The translations under genes were made by a program, and so were the position numbers. 64,000 bases of DNA. It comes from Vicinamibacteria bacterium (GTDB taxonomy: Bacteria; Acidobacteriota; Vicinamibacteria; Marinacidobacterales; Marinacidobacteraceae). Location: assembly GCA_965199715.1 (NCBI GenBank), contig OZ241322.1, positions 704,001-768,000 on the forward strand. Reading direction: 5' to 3'. Every line of letters starts with the position of its first letter. Position 1 is the first letter of the stretch. Below, piece after piece: positions 30,214-40,741 of this stretch. Below the pieces are notes generated by a model, which had not been told where the DNA came from, ran no database searches, and saw only the letters and a program-made list of their open reading frames with translations.

Positions 30214-31652
30214 ATCTTCAATCCTCGCAGGATCGCATCATCCAGCCAATTCGCGAAACGGGGCGCCGCCTGCGCGAGCGGCTCCCCGTAATTCACCATG
30301 AAGATGGAATCCGTGAGCGGGGTCGCCGGTCCGACCTCCCGTTCCCCCTGCTCCGTCTCGAGCCGTTGGAACCAGGATACCGAGCACGCCAGCAGCCCCA
30401 TGAAGCCGCGCCCGAGGCCGTGGAACGAAACGAGGATTTCCGTCTGGTTCGAGTTGCGGAGCACGAGCCGCGCCCACGCCCGGTAGATGCCCGGGTTCGC
30501 GGTGTACTCCAACTCATTCGCAGTTTGGACGATCTGATGGCGGAAGTAGTGGCTTCCGTCCTCGCGGTCCGCCCTGCCATCAGTTGTGTAGCGGCCGTGG
30601 TCCAGCACGCCGGAGAGTTGACTCGTGAGCTCCTCCGCGACTCCCGCCAGACGACTCTCGGCACGATCCCGCAATCCGGCGGCGATGGCGACCGTAGCGT
30701 CCCACTCCGAAAGGGAATCCATCGGCGCCTGCAGCTCGCGCCGGACCGAGGCGATCGCCTCGGAGACGCGATCCGCCTGACGAATGTCATGCGCGATGGC
30801 GTTGGCGCGCCCGAGCTCCCCTCGCTGCAGATCCGAGAAGCAGCGCACCAGAGGCCTCAGGTCGCCGGCGTCCGCAGCCTCCAGCGCACCGATGTACGGC
30901 TCCCGGCCGCGGTCGCGGACGACGAGCGGGAACCACCCCGCCTTCAGGAACACGAGCGTCCCGAGAGCGCGCGCGATCCGGCCGTTCCCGTCCTGGAAGG
31001 GGTGAATCTGGGTGAATCGGTGGTGCAGCCAAGCCGCCTCCACCTCCGGCGCGACGTCGACGTGCGCGTGATGCAGCGCGATCAACCGATCCATCTCGGA
31101 ATCGACCTGCTCCGGCGGGCAGTACTCGTGGACCATGCCGTCCGGGCGCAACGGATTGTTGGGGCGCACCTTGAACGCTCCCCGGCGGAGCGGGATGAGA
31201 ACCTTGTTCCCGAACGGGTCGAAACCGACCGCGGTTTCCTGGCGCCGCGTCATCAAGGCGTGCAGTTCCTTGATGTAGCTCGTGGAGAGGGGTCGATCTC
31301 CCTTGACGAAATCGAACAACTGGTCGATGGCGGCCTGGTGATCCGAGATCATCGCAGCGATCCACTCGGGGTCCGCGCCGGGCCGGTGCGGAATGAGCGC
31401 CGCGTTGATTCCGTGCGCGATGAGCGACTCGGTGACCCCGCGATCGAAGGCGTAGAGCCGCTCGATCAGACCGGTTTCGATGGACCACTCGCGTCGGAGC
31501 CGCTGGTCGAAAGCCCGGTATCCGGCCCGATGCGCGAGCCGGTCTCGCTGTTCGCTCCACAAGCGCGCGAGCGCCGCGAGGCTCTCCGACGCGAGGTCCC
31601 CGGGCGACTCGAGGTCCGTGATCGGGGCCCAGCGATGGCCGATCGGCGCCAT
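30192..31652 (-). CDS. Fic family protein
   Basis: Canonical HPFQDGNGRIAR motif; SIETGLIE inhibitory-helix-like motif. Confidence 0.9.
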   Translation of the reverse strand: MAPIGHRWAPITDLESPGDLASESLAALARLWSEQRDRLAHRAGYRAFDQRLRREWSIETGLIERLYAFDRGVTESLIAHGINAALIPHRPGADPEWIAAMISDHQAAIDQLFDFVKGDRPLSTSYIKELHALMTRRQETAVGFDPFGNKVLIPLRRGAFKVRPNNPLRPDGMVHEYCPPEQVDSEMDRLIALHHAHVDVAPEVEAAWLHHRFTQIHPFQDGNGRIARALGTLVFLKAGWFPLVVRDRGREPYIGALEAADAGDLRPLVRCFSDLQRGELGRANAIAHDIRQADRVSEAIASVRRELQAPMDSLSEWDATVAIAAGLRDRAESRLAGVAEELTSQLSGVLDHGRYTTDGRADREDGSHYFRHQIVQTANELEYTANPGIYRAWARLVLRNSNQTEILVSFHGLGRGFMGLLACSVSWFQRLETEQGEREVGPATPLTDSIFMVNYGEPLAQAAPRFANWLDDAILRGLKMWKEATL

Positions 31653-31672
31653 GGCCGCATCGTACTCCGCGA

Positions 31673-32806
31673 TCAGAGCCGCTGGAGCAGGAGCGCCAGC
31701 AGCGCCGTCCGGCGCGGAAGGTCGTCAAGCCGCACGTGCTCGTGCGCGGCGTGCGCGCCGTCGCCCGCCGGGCCGAGGCCGTCCAGCACCGCAACCCCGA
31801 CCCCGGCGACGATGTTCCCGTCGGAACCGCCGCCGGCCGGCCCTTCGGGGAGATCCCAGTCGAGTTCGCGCGCCGCGGCCCGGGCGACTCCGTAGAGCCG
31901 GGCCACGCCCTCGGTACGCACGAGCGGCGGCCGGTTGACGCCGCCGGTCCAGCGGGTGCGCGCCTCCGGATGCGCCGCCCGCAGCGCCCGCAGCTTCCCA
32001 AGCAGCTCCTCGCCGGCGCCGGGATCGTCCATGCGCACGTCCAGGTCGGCGGCCGCCCGCGCCGGCACCACGTTGGTCCGGCTCCCGCCGCGCACCAGTC
32101 CCACGTTCACGGTCACGCCGCTCGGCGGATCCGAGAGCGCGGCCGCCCGCCCCAGCAGCGGCGCCAGCTCGCAGATCGCGTTGATCCCGTTCTCGGGATC
32201 GAGTCCGGCGTGCGCGGCGCGGCCCTCCACCTCGACGCGCATCATGCCGACGCCGCGCCGGAAGGTCTTCGCGCCCCCGCCGGGCAGCGACGGCTCCATC
32301 ACCAGACACACGCCCGACGCTTGCGCTTCGCGTTCGATGAGGCTGCGGCTGGACACGCTCCCGACCTCTTCGTCCGCGTTCCACACGATCGTGATCGGAC
32401 GCCGCGGCGAAACCCCGAGCGCCTCGAGCGCGCGCAGCGCCCAGATCGTCTGGACGAGCCCCGCCTTCATGTCGAAGACGCCGGGCCCCCGCGCGACCCC
32501 CTCCCCGTCCACGCTCCACGGGATGCGCTCGAGCGTCCCGATCGGCCAGACCGTGTCCAGATGGCCGAGCAGGAGCGCCGGCTTCTCGTCGGAGTCCGCG
32601 CCGGGAAGCCGGGCCACGAGATGGTCGCCCCGGGGAACGTCTCCTTCGGGCGCGACGAACGCGACCGTGCCCTCGGGAAGCTCCCCGGCGGCCATCCGGC
32701 CCATGGCCCGCATGGCCGCCGGATCGTCGCTCGGCGACTCCAGCCGGACGAACCGCTCGAGCGTATCGACGAGCGCCGACCGGCGCGCGGTCAGCCAGTC
32801 GAGGAT
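31673..32806 (-). CDS. M20 family metallopeptidase (carboxypeptidase G2-like); start uncertain
   Basis: GHLDTVW, GPGVFDMKAG, DEEVGS, GGGSDGN and AHAAHE motifs; the conserved LESPSDD lies upstream of the first ATG (32713). Confidence 0.85.
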   Translation of the reverse strand: MLDWLTARRSALVDTLERFVRLESPSDDPAAMRAMGRMAAGELPEGTVAFVAPEGDVPRGDHLVARLPGADSDEKPALLLGHLDTVWPIGTLERIPWSVDGEGVARGPGVFDMKAGLVQTIWALRALEALGVSPRRPITIVWNADEEVGSVSSRSLIEREAQASGVCLVMEPSLPGGGAKTFRRGVGMMRVEVEGRAAHAGLDPENGINAICELAPLLGRAAALSDPPSGVTVNVGLVRGGSRTNVVPARAAADLDVRMDDPGAGEELLGKLRALRAAHPEARTRWTGGVNRPPLVRTEGVARLYGVARAAARELDWDLPEGPAGGGSDGNIVAGVGVAVLDGLGPAGDGAHAAHEHVRLDDLPRRTALLALLLQRL

Positions 32807-32816
32807 CGGGGCGGCG

Positions 32817-34559
32817 CTACTCGACGAGCTGATTCCTTACCTCCCGGAGCACCTCGAGCCGCTGGGCCAGCGCCGGATCCTGGGCTCCGAGCTCGACGGC
32901 CTTCTGGTACTGGGTCCACGCCTCGTCCACGCGGGCGTAGTCGGCCTCGGAGGCCGGGCAGCCGACCTGCGCCGCCTGGAGCCGCTCGCCGAACGCCGCG
33001 TCCTTCAGCCGGCAGGTTCCGTACTGGACCTGCGCGGCGTGGGACCACGCGAGGCCGCGGAACGGCTCGCCCCACGTATCGATCCGTTGAGTGGCCTCCA
33101 TGAAGTGGGTCTCGGCGCCGGGGAAGTTGTTCGACGCGAGATACGCCTGCCCGAGCGCCCAGTGGCCCATGCCGAGGTCCGTCGGATCGCCGTCGGCCGG
33201 ATACGCCGGAAGCGCCGACTCGAGCATCGCGGTCGCCTCCGCGAGATTCTGGTTGACCGCGAGCGCGATGCCGTACTCCACCCGGTACACCGGGTTCTCC
33301 GAGTCGCCGTTCACCGCCTCCTGCGCCGCCATGAGCGCGCCCGCGAGATCCTGCGCCTGCCGTTTCGCCTTGGCGCTCGAGTAGTTCGCGAGCGCGAGGC
33401 CGGCCGTCGCCGACTCCGAGCCCGGGGCGGCGGCGAGCGCCATGTTCATGTGCTCGATCGCCTGGTCGTAGGCCAGCTCGGTAATTGCGAACCGCCCGAG
33501 CGCCTCGTGCGCCATCGCCCGCGACATCGGCGGCGAGTTCGGCAGCGACGCGACCTTCTGGTAGTAGGTCTTGGCCTGCGAGACGTTCTCCTGCGCCTCG
33601 TACACCTGCGCGAAGGCGAGGTTGGCGGCCGGATCGTCCGCGTTCACGGTGATCGCCATGGCGAGGTCGCCGTAGGCCTCCTGCTGGTTGCCCAGCGCGT
33701 TGTTCGCGAGGCCCCGGATTCCATAGGCCGCGGTGAGCTGGTCGTTCCGGCTGAGCGCCTCGGTCGCGGACGCGACGGCGTTCTCGAAGTCGTCGCGGGC
33801 GAAGAAGATCTCGGCGAGGCCCGCGTGCGCCCGGGCGATCTCCGGATCCAGCTCGACGGCGCGGCGGTACGAGGCCTCGGCGGTGTCCCAATCCTCGGCG
33901 GCGGCGGCCGCCTGGCCGAGCGTGGAGTGCGCGAGCGCGCTGTCCGGCGCCATCGAAAGCGCCTGCTCGGCCATCCGCGAGGCGTCCTCGAACCGGCCCT
34001 GCCGCGCCATGCTGGACCCGAGCCCGAGGTAGATCTCGACCGGCGGGTTCGGGTTCAGCTCCAGGACCTTCTCGCCCGCAATGATCGACTTGAGGTCGTT
34101 CTCGAGGCTCGAATACGCGGTCGTGAGCGTGGTCCACGCCTCGAGGATCTCAGCGTCGTCCTCGACGTTCTCGATCGCCCAGCCGTCCACGTCCTCTTCC
34201 TCGGAAGGCGCGTCGGTCATCAGCGCCGCCTCGTAGGCCCCGGCCGCGTTCTCCCACTCCTCGAACCCGGCGTAGATGCGGGCGAGGCGCAGCCGGAGGT
34301 CGCGGCGGTACGGGTGGTCGGTGAGGATGCGCAAGTACCAGCCGCCCGCCTCGCTCCACGCGGCGTTCGCGGCCTCGGCCTCGCCGTCCCGCTCGGCGCG
34401 CTCCGCCTCCTCCTCCTTCTCCTCGGCGAGATCGATCGCCCGATCCACCTCGCGGCGGTTCAGCGGATCCTCGTCCTGCGCGACCGCGAGCGACGCGCCG
34501 AAGCCGAGAACGAGCGCGGCCGCGAGCCAGCGGGCCGCCCGAGAATGCTTCAAAGTCAT
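32817..34559 (-). CDS. Exported tetratricopeptide repeat protein
   Basis: Signal peptide ending AVA-Q; many TPR-like units (e.g. AHSTLGQAA...YRRAVELDP). Confidence 0.85.
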   Translation of the reverse strand: MTLKHSRAARWLAAALVLGFGASLAVAQDEDPLNRREVDRAIDLAEEKEEEAERAERDGEAEAANAAWSEAGGWYLRILTDHPYRRDLRLRLARIYAGFEEWENAAGAYEAALMTDAPSEEEDVDGWAIENVEDDAEILEAWTTLTTAYSSLENDLKSIIAGEKVLELNPNPPVEIYLGLGSSMARQGRFEDASRMAEQALSMAPDSALAHSTLGQAAAAAEDWDTAEASYRRAVELDPEIARAHAGLAEIFFARDDFENAVASATEALSRNDQLTAAYGIRGLANNALGNQQEAYGDLAMAITVNADDPAANLAFAQVYEAQENVSQAKTYYQKVASLPNSPPMSRAMAHEALGRFAITELAYDQAIEHMNMALAAAPGSESATAGLALANYSSAKAKRQAQDLAGALMAAQEAVNGDSENPVYRVEYGIALAVNQNLAEATAMLESALPAYPADGDPTDLGMGHWALGQAYLASNNFPGAETHFMEATQRIDTWGEPFRGLAWSHAAQVQYGTCRLKDAAFGERLQAAQVGCPASEADYARVDEAWTQYQKAVELGAQDPALAQRLEVLREVRNQLVE

Positions 34560-34660
34560 GGGAGTCCTCCACCGCGCGCCTCCTCGCGGAAGCGGACGCG
34601 CCCCCAAAGGATACAGAACCCCGGAGGCGCCCTCCCAACCGCCTAGAATCGCCGCGCCCG

Positions 34661-36148
34661 ATGGACCGCTTCTACCTCACGACCGCCATCGACTACGTGA
34701 ACTCGAGGCCCCACCTCGGCACCGCCTACGAAAAAATCACCGCCGACGTGATCGCCCGCCACAAGCGGAGCCGGGGCGTCGAGACCCGTTTCCTCATGGG
34801 GAACGACGAGCATTCGGCGAACGTCAGGCGGAAGGCGGCGGAACTGGGGCTCGATCCGCTCGCCTACTGCGACCGGATGGAGGACGCCTTCCGCGAGGTC
34901 TGGAGCGGCCTCCAGATCTCGTTCGACGACTTCATCCGGACCACCGAGCCGCGCCACCACGCGGCGGTCCGGAAGCTGCTGACGCGCATCCGCGACGCGG
35001 GGGACATCTTCGAGGGGGTGTACGAGGGCTGGTACTGCGTCTCCTGCGAGTCCTTCAAGCAGGAGAAGGACCTCGTCGAGGGCGAGTGCCCGGTGCACCG
35101 CTCGAAGCCGGACTGGATCCGCGAGAAGAACCACTTCTTCCGGCTCTCGGCCTTCCGCGACCGCCTGATGCGGCTCTACGGGGAGCAGCCCCGCTTCCTC
35201 TCGCCCGAAATCCGGCGCAACGAGATGTGGAACGTGCTCGAGGGCGGCCTCGCCGACCTGTCGGTGAGCCGGCCCGGCTCGGGCTGGGGGATCCCGGTTC
35301 CCTTCGACGCCGACAGCGTCGTCTATGTCTGGTTCGACGCGCTCACGAACTACCTCGCGGCGACCGGCTACGGGACGGACGAGCCGGGCTGGGACGAGCA
35401 CTGGCCGGCGGACGTCCACATCGTCGGCAAGGACATCACCCGGTTCCACGCGGTGATCTGGCCGGCGATGCTCATGTCGGCGGGGCTGGCGCTTCCGCGG
35501 ATGGTCTTCGGCCACGGCTTCGTGAACTTCGAGGGCGAGCGGATGAGCAAGTCGCTCGGGAAGGTCGTGGATCCGCTCGAGGCGGCGGAGCATTTCGGGC
35601 CGGACGCGCTGCGCCTCTTCCTCGTCCGCGAAATCCACTACGGACAGGACGGCGATTTCTCGTGGGACCGCTTCGAGGCGCGCTACGACGCCGACCTCGC
35701 GAACTCGCTCGGCAACCTCGTGAGCCGGATCACGACCATGGCGAAACGGTATCGCGGCGGGCGCCTCGAGCCGTCCGGAAGGTCGGCCCTGCCCGGCCTC
35801 GTCGAGGAAGCGGTCCGCAATCACCTCGCCGCGATGGACGAATTCGCGCTCCACCGGGGGGCCGACGAGGCCTTCCGGATCGTGTCCGCGGTGAACGAGT
35901 TCCTGACCCAGCGCGCCCCGTGGAGGCTGGCGAAGGATCCGGAGGCCGCCGAGGCGCTCGACGAGGCGCTCTACGAGGCCGCCGAGGCGACCCGGGTGGC
36001 CGCGGCGCTGCTCGCCCCGGTCATGCCGGGATCCGCCGCGCGCATCCTCGAGCGGTTCGGGGGCGGCGCGACGACCGGCTTCCGGACCGACCGCGCGCTC
36101 GCGACCTCGGTGGGCGAGCCGCTCTGGCCCCGGCTGAAGTCCCGTTAG
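34661..36148 (+). CDS. metG: Methionine--tRNA ligase (short form without C-terminal tRNA-binding domain)
   Basis: FYLTTAIDYVN, PHLGTAY, YVWFDAL and RMSKSLG motifs. Confidence 0.95.
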   Translation: MDRFYLTTAIDYVNSRPHLGTAYEKITADVIARHKRSRGVETRFLMGNDEHSANVRRKAAELGLDPLAYCDRMEDAFREVWSGLQISFDDFIRTTEPRHHAAVRKLLTRIRDAGDIFEGVYEGWYCVSCESFKQEKDLVEGECPVHRSKPDWIREKNHFFRLSAFRDRLMRLYGEQPRFLSPEIRRNEMWNVLEGGLADLSVSRPGSGWGIPVPFDADSVVYVWFDALTNYLAATGYGTDEPGWDEHWPADVHIVGKDITRFHAVIWPAMLMSAGLALPRMVFGHGFVNFEGERMSKSLGKVVDPLEAAEHFGPDALRLFLVREIHYGQDGDFSWDRFEARYDADLANSLGNLVSRITTMAKRYRGGRLEPSGRSALPGLVEEAVRNHLAAMDEFALHRGADEAFRIVSAVNEFLTQRAPWRLAKDPEAAEALDEALYEAAEATRVAAALLAPVMPGSAARILERFGGGATTGFRTDRALATSVGEPLWPRLKSR

Positions 36149-37002
36149 CGGGACGTGGCCAGCGACTTCTCGAACGCGGCGATCGTGATCGCCGCCCGCC
36201 GGGCCACCAGCGCGTGGCCGTTGGCGACCGTCTCCTCGAGCGGGTCCAGCGGAACCCCGTTGATCGCAAAGAGTCCGGCGTCGCGCCGCTCGCGGGTCCG
36301 GATCGAGCCGGGATCGACCGTGGCCATGATCGCGTCGTAGTGGTAGTCGTCGTGGATCCCCGCCCGCGAGGCCGACTGGACGTCGGGCTCCTGGCGCACG
36401 CCGAGCTCCTTGAGCTGCTCGAAGCTCCACAGGTCTTCCGCGTAGTACTCGGGGACGTGGTGCAGCCGCGTTCCCGGATGCGGCGGATCGGCGTTCCACC
36501 GCTCGGCCACCGCGGCCATGCCCCGCTGGTTGCCGCCGCTGTCCCCGATCAGGAGCACGTCGGCGAAGCCGCTGACCGCGAGGCTGCGGCTCACGTCGTG
36601 GACGACCATCTCGAAGGTCTCGCGGCTCAGGCCGATCGTGCCCGGAAACCGCATGTGGCCCGACGGCGGATCGTGGTCGCCTTCGGGAACCAGCTTGACG
36701 ATCGGCGCGACGAGCGCGTTCCCGAGCCGGCGGGCGATGGCCTCGGTGGTGGCCCGCAGGACGACGTTGTGCTTCCCGGTGACCACGAACGGCCCGTTCT
36801 GCTCGATCCCGCCGGTGGCCACGATCGCGGTCGTGGCGCCGCCGGCGATCCGGTCGCGCACCTCCATCCACGTCAATTCCTCGAGGAACACGCTGTCGTG
36901 GGCCTCGATCGGCCGCTCGGCGTCGAGCGCGTTCCACGGGTGGTCGCCGCCGCCTCCGCAGGCGAGCGGCGCGGCGAGGAGAAGCGGCAGGAACCGGTTC
37001 AT
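36145..37002 (-). CDS. Creatininase family protein, probable lipoprotein
   Basis: EELTWMEV, TGGIEQNGP, GHMRFPGT and GDSGGNQ motifs; PLAC lipobox-like motif. Confidence 0.8.
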   Translation of the reverse strand: MNRFLPLLLAAPLACGGGGDHPWNALDAERPIEAHDSVFLEELTWMEVRDRIAGGATTAIVATGGIEQNGPFVVTGKHNVVLRATTEAIARRLGNALVAPIVKLVPEGDHDPPSGHMRFPGTIGLSRETFEMVVHDVSRSLAVSGFADVLLIGDSGGNQRGMAAVAERWNADPPHPGTRLHHVPEYYAEDLWSFEQLKELGVRQEPDVQSASRAGIHDDYHYDAIMATVDPGSIRTRERRDAGLFAINGVPLDPLEETVANGHALVARRAAITIAAFEKSLATSR

Positions 37003-37040
37003 CCGACCAGTGTCCCGGACGGCGCCCGCCGCCGCAACCG

Positions 37041-38108
37041 TCAATCGGGCGGGAAGGCCGCGACCGGCCCGCGGACGGCGAGGCCGACCCGCTGGCCGGC
37101 CCGGAGCAGGCCCTGCCACGTCTCGGTCGCGGGAACCCGTATCGTCACCTCGGCGCCCGACGGCAGCCGCGCCCCGAGCAACTGGAACGCCCCGTGGAAG
37201 CTCGCCCGGGTCAGGACCGCGACCACCCGGCCCGGGCCCGCGGCGCCCATGAACGGCTCGATCTCGAAGCGGTCCAGCGGGAGCAGCACCCGGACCGGGC
37301 CGGCGGGCGCGGGCGAGGCGAGCTCGATGCGGCCGAACTCGCATGCGGCGGACGCGCCGTCGCTCGTCGCCGGAATCAGGTTCGTCTCGCCGAGAAACCG
37401 CGCCGCCTCGGGGCTGCCCGGGTTGCGGGCCAGCTCCTCGGGCTTCCCCTCCCCGCGCACCCGGCCGTCCAGCAGCAGCGCGACGCGGTCGGCCAGCGAG
37501 AAGGCTTCCTCCCGGTCGTGCGTCACGAGGACCGCCGTGGTTCCGAGCTGGCGCAGCAGCGCGGCCACCTCCTCCCGCACCCCGGCGCGGAGCGCGGCGT
37601 CCAGATTCGAGAACGGCTCGTCGAGAAGGAGGAGCGACGGCCGGGGAGCGAGCGCCCGCGCCAGCGCGACCCGCTGCTGCTCCCCGCCCGAAAGCCGGTC
37701 GGGCCGCCGGTAGGCGACCTCGGAAAGGCCGAGCGACTGGAGCGCGCCCCACGCGCGGGTGAGGCCCGCCGGCCCGGGCACGCCGAACGCGACGTTCCGC
37801 AGCGCGCTCAGGTGCGGGAAGAGCGCGTAGTCCTGGAAGACGATCCCCACGCGGCGCCGCTCCGGCGGAACGAAGACCGTCGGCCCGGTCACCTCCCGCC
37901 CGAACAGCCGGATGGTCCCCGCGTCCGCGGTCTCGAGACCGCAGATCATCCGCAGCAGGGTCGTCTTGCCGCCGCCGCTCGGTCCGAGGAGCGCGGTCAC
38001 GCCCCCCGGCGCGATCGTGAGGTCCAGGTCCGCGACGACGTTCCGGCCGCCGTCCGACGCGAAATTGCGCGAGAGCCGCCGAATCTCGAGGGCGGGAACC
38101 GAGGCCAT
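37041..38108 (-). CDS. Fe3+ ABC transporter ATP-binding protein (FbpC-like)
   Basis: GPSGGGKT, VFQDYALFPHL, LSGGEQQR and LLDEPF motifs. Confidence 0.9.
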   Translation of the reverse strand: MASVPALEIRRLSRNFASDGGRNVVADLDLTIAPGGVTALLGPSGGGKTTLLRMICGLETADAGTIRLFGREVTGPTVFVPPERRRVGIVFQDYALFPHLSALRNVAFGVPGPAGLTRAWGALQSLGLSEVAYRRPDRLSGGEQQRVALARALAPRPSLLLLDEPFSNLDAALRAGVREEVAALLRQLGTTAVLVTHDREEAFSLADRVALLLDGRVRGEGKPEELARNPGSPEAARFLGETNLIPATSDGASAACEFGRIELASPAPAGPVRVLLPLDRFEIEPFMGAAGPGRVVAVLTRASFHGAFQLLGARLPSGAEVTIRVPATETWQGLLRAGQRVGLAVRGPVAAFPPD

Positions 38109-38111
38109 GCC

Positions 38112-39692
38112 TCAGCCCACCCCCGGGCGCATCGGGCGGCCGGGACGGACGACGAACAGCAGCACGCTCGACGCGAGAAGCAGGAGGAGCAGCGAGGCGG
38201 CCGCCGCCCGCGCGAGCTCGACGTTCTCGGCGGCGCTCCACACCGTCGTTGCCAGCGTGCGGAATCCGGTCGGGGCGAGCATCAGGGTCGCGGGAAGCTC
38301 CTTGACGGTGGTCAGGAAGACGAGCGCGAGCGCCGCGAGGAAACCGGGTCGCAGAAGCGGCAGCGTGACCCGCAGGTGGCGGCGGAACCAGCCCGCCCCG
38401 AGCGCCCGCGCGGCGTCGTCGAGGCGCGGGCTGAGCGGAGCCAGCGTGGCCTCCAGCGGCGCGCACGCCTGCGGCAGCGAGTGGATGGCGTACGCGAAGA
38501 CGAGCAGACCGACCGTCTGGTACAGAAACGGGGCGAGCTGCACCGAAAAGTGCACGAGCGCGAGTCCGAGCACGAGACCGGGCAGGCCGAACCCGACGTG
38601 CGCGAGGCCGCGCAGGAGCGAGGACCGGCGGGACGGATATCGCGCCGCGAGGAACGCGACCGGAATCGCGAGCGCCGCGGTCACGACCGCGGCCAGCGCG
38701 GACGCGAGCCCGGTGCGTCCAAGCGCCGGAAGGAGCCCGGCCCCCGCCCCCGAAGGCGCCTGCCGCAGCCAGTAGAGACACACGCCGACCGGCAGCGCGA
38801 GCGCCGGAAGCAGCACCGAGGTCGCGAGCGCGAACGCCGGCCAGCGGAGCCGGCCGAGGCGCGTCGGGCGAGGCCGGCGCGCCCGCGCCGACGCGGTCGC
38901 TGGCGGCCCCGAGCGGAACCGCTCGACCCCGAACAGCAGGAGGAGCGCGACGAGCACCAGCAGGAGCGCGAGCCCCGCGGCGGTGTGGCGGTCGAGCGAG
39001 CCGCGGTACTGGTTGTAGATGGCCCAGGTGAACGTCTCGTACCGCAGCAGCGAGACCGCGCCGAAGTCGCTCAGGGTGTAGAGCGCGGCGAGCAGTCCGC
39101 CCGACCACAGGGGCCCCGCGATGAGCGGCAGCGTGATCTCGCGGAAACGCCGGAGCGCGCCCGCCCCGAGAACCCGCCCGGCGTCGTCCACCGCCTCGTC
39201 CATCACGGCGAGGCGCGCCCGCACCGCGAGAAACGCGTACGGGTAGTTGAGGACGCTCAGCACGAGGAGCGCGCCCGGGAATCCGTAGATCTCGGGAAGC
39301 CGCTCCCAGCCGGTCCACGGCTCGAGCAGCCGCTGGAGCAGGCCCCGCGGCCCGAGCGCGGTCGCGACCGCGAAGGCGGCCACGTAGGACGGCATCGCGA
39401 GCGGCGCCGCGAGCAGCCCGGTGAGCCACCGTCGCCCCGGCAGGTCGGTGCGCTCGGTGAGCCAAGCGAGCGCGAGCCCGAGGCCCGCCGAGGTCGTCGC
39501 CACCGAGGCCGCGAGCAGCGCGGTCCGCCCGGCGACGGCGAGGCTGCGAGGCCGCAGCAGGACCTCGGCGAGCCCGCCGCCGGAGAGCGCCCGCCATGCG
39601 AGGTAGAGCAGCGGCAGCAGGCACGCCGCCGCGACGACGATTCCCGACGCCCGGAGCAGTCGGGACGGCGTCCTCCGCCCCGCCTCGGCCAC
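38112..39692 (-). CDS. Fe3+ ABC transporter permease (FbpB-like)
   Basis: Two EAA-like loops; LSDFGAV and KELPATL motifs. Confidence 0.9.
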   Translation of the reverse strand: MAEAGRRTPSRLLRASGIVVAAACLLPLLYLAWRALSGGGLAEVLLRPRSLAVAGRTALLAASVATTSAGLGLALAWLTERTDLPGRRWLTGLLAAPLAMPSYVAAFAVATALGPRGLLQRLLEPWTGWERLPEIYGFPGALLVLSVLNYPYAFLAVRARLAVMDEAVDDAGRVLGAGALRRFREITLPLIAGPLWSGGLLAALYTLSDFGAVSLLRYETFTWAIYNQYRGSLDRHTAAGLALLLVLVALLLLFGVERFRSGPPATASARARRPRPTRLGRLRWPAFALATSVLLPALALPVGVCLYWLRQAPSGAGAGLLPALGRTGLASALAAVVTAALAIPVAFLAARYPSRRSSLLRGLAHVGFGLPGLVLGLALVHFSVQLAPFLYQTVGLLVFAYAIHSLPQACAPLEATLAPLSPRLDDAARALGAGWFRRHLRVTLPLLRPGFLAALALVFLTTVKELPATLMLAPTGFRTLATTVWSAAENVELARAAAASLLLLLLASSVLLFVVRPGRPMRPGVG

Positions 39693-39700
39693 TCAGCCGG

Positions 39701-40711
39701 TCAGATCGCCCCGACGTCGCGAAGCAGGTCGAGCGTGCCGCGCAGGTCGGCGATGTCGCCGAGCGGAAGGTCCGGCGGATCCAGCGTGGTCAACGGGGTG
39801 ACTCTCGGGTCCGTCGCGATCCCCGGGACGAGCGGATACTCGAACGTCTCGGCGGCGAACCGCGCCTGCGTCTCGTTCGAGAGCAGGAACGCGAGGAACC
39901 GCTCGGCCGCCGCCTGATCGGTCGTAGTGTCCACGACCCCGCCGCCCGAGATGTTGATGAGGCCTCCGGCGCCGCCGCCGCGGGGGGGAACGGTGCGGGC
40001 GGCGAAGGCGTCGCCCTGCTGGACGAGGAAGCGGAACAGGTAGTAGTGGTTCGACAGCGCGAGCTCGACCTCGCCGTCCGCGACCGCCTGGTAGATGGAG
40101 CTGTTGTTCGGGTAGGCGATCGGCTCGTTGGCGAGCATCCCCTCGAGCCACGCCCGGGCCGCGTCCTCGCCCTCGAGCACCCGAAGCGCGGTCACGAACG
40201 CCTGGAAGGAACCGTTCGTGGGCGCCCAGCCGATCCTCCCCTTCCACTTGGGGTCGGTGAGGCCCTCGACCGTCTCCGGCAAGTCCTCCGGAGCGAGCAA
40301 CTCGGTGTTGTACACGAAGACCCGGGCGCGACCGGTGGTGCCCACCCAGCGCCCGCCGGCGTCCTGGAACCGGGCCGGCACCCGTTCCCGAATGGAGGGC
40401 GGGAGCGGCAGCAGTCGCCCCTCTTCGGCGAGTTGACCGAGCGCCCCGGCATCCTGCCCATAATAGATGTCCGCGGGACTCTGGTCGCCTTCCTCCAGAA
40501 TCTGGGCGGCGAGGTCCGCGGTGCCGCCGTAGCGGACCTCGAGCCGGATCCCCGTCTCCTGCTCGAAGGCGACCACGACCGGCCCCACGAGCGACTCGCC
40601 GCGGCCCGAATACACCGTGAGCGTCCGCTCGTCTTCCGGAGCCGCGCACCCGCCGAGGAACGCAAGGGACAGAATCCCCGTCAGAAGGATGCGCGAGGGC
40701 AACTTGAACAT
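39701..40711 (-). CDS. Fe3+ ABC transporter substrate-binding lipoprotein (FbpA/FutA-like)
   Basis: LGGC lipobox; TVYSGR, SPAD, NHYY (iron-binding tyrosines) and EYPL motifs. Confidence 0.9.
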   Translation of the reverse strand: MFKLPSRILLTGILSLAFLGGCAAPEDERTLTVYSGRGESLVGPVVVAFEQETGIRLEVRYGGTADLAAQILEEGDQSPADIYYGQDAGALGQLAEEGRLLPLPPSIRERVPARFQDAGGRWVGTTGRARVFVYNTELLAPEDLPETVEGLTDPKWKGRIGWAPTNGSFQAFVTALRVLEGEDAARAWLEGMLANEPIAYPNNSSIYQAVADGEVELALSNHYYLFRFLVQQGDAFAARTVPPRGGGAGGLINISGGGVVDTTTDQAAAERFLAFLLSNETQARFAAETFEYPLVPGIATDPRVTPLTTLDPPDLPLGDIADLRGTLDLLRDVGAI

Positions 40712-40741
40712 GGATCCGGAACCTCCTCGGAACGCCTTGTT

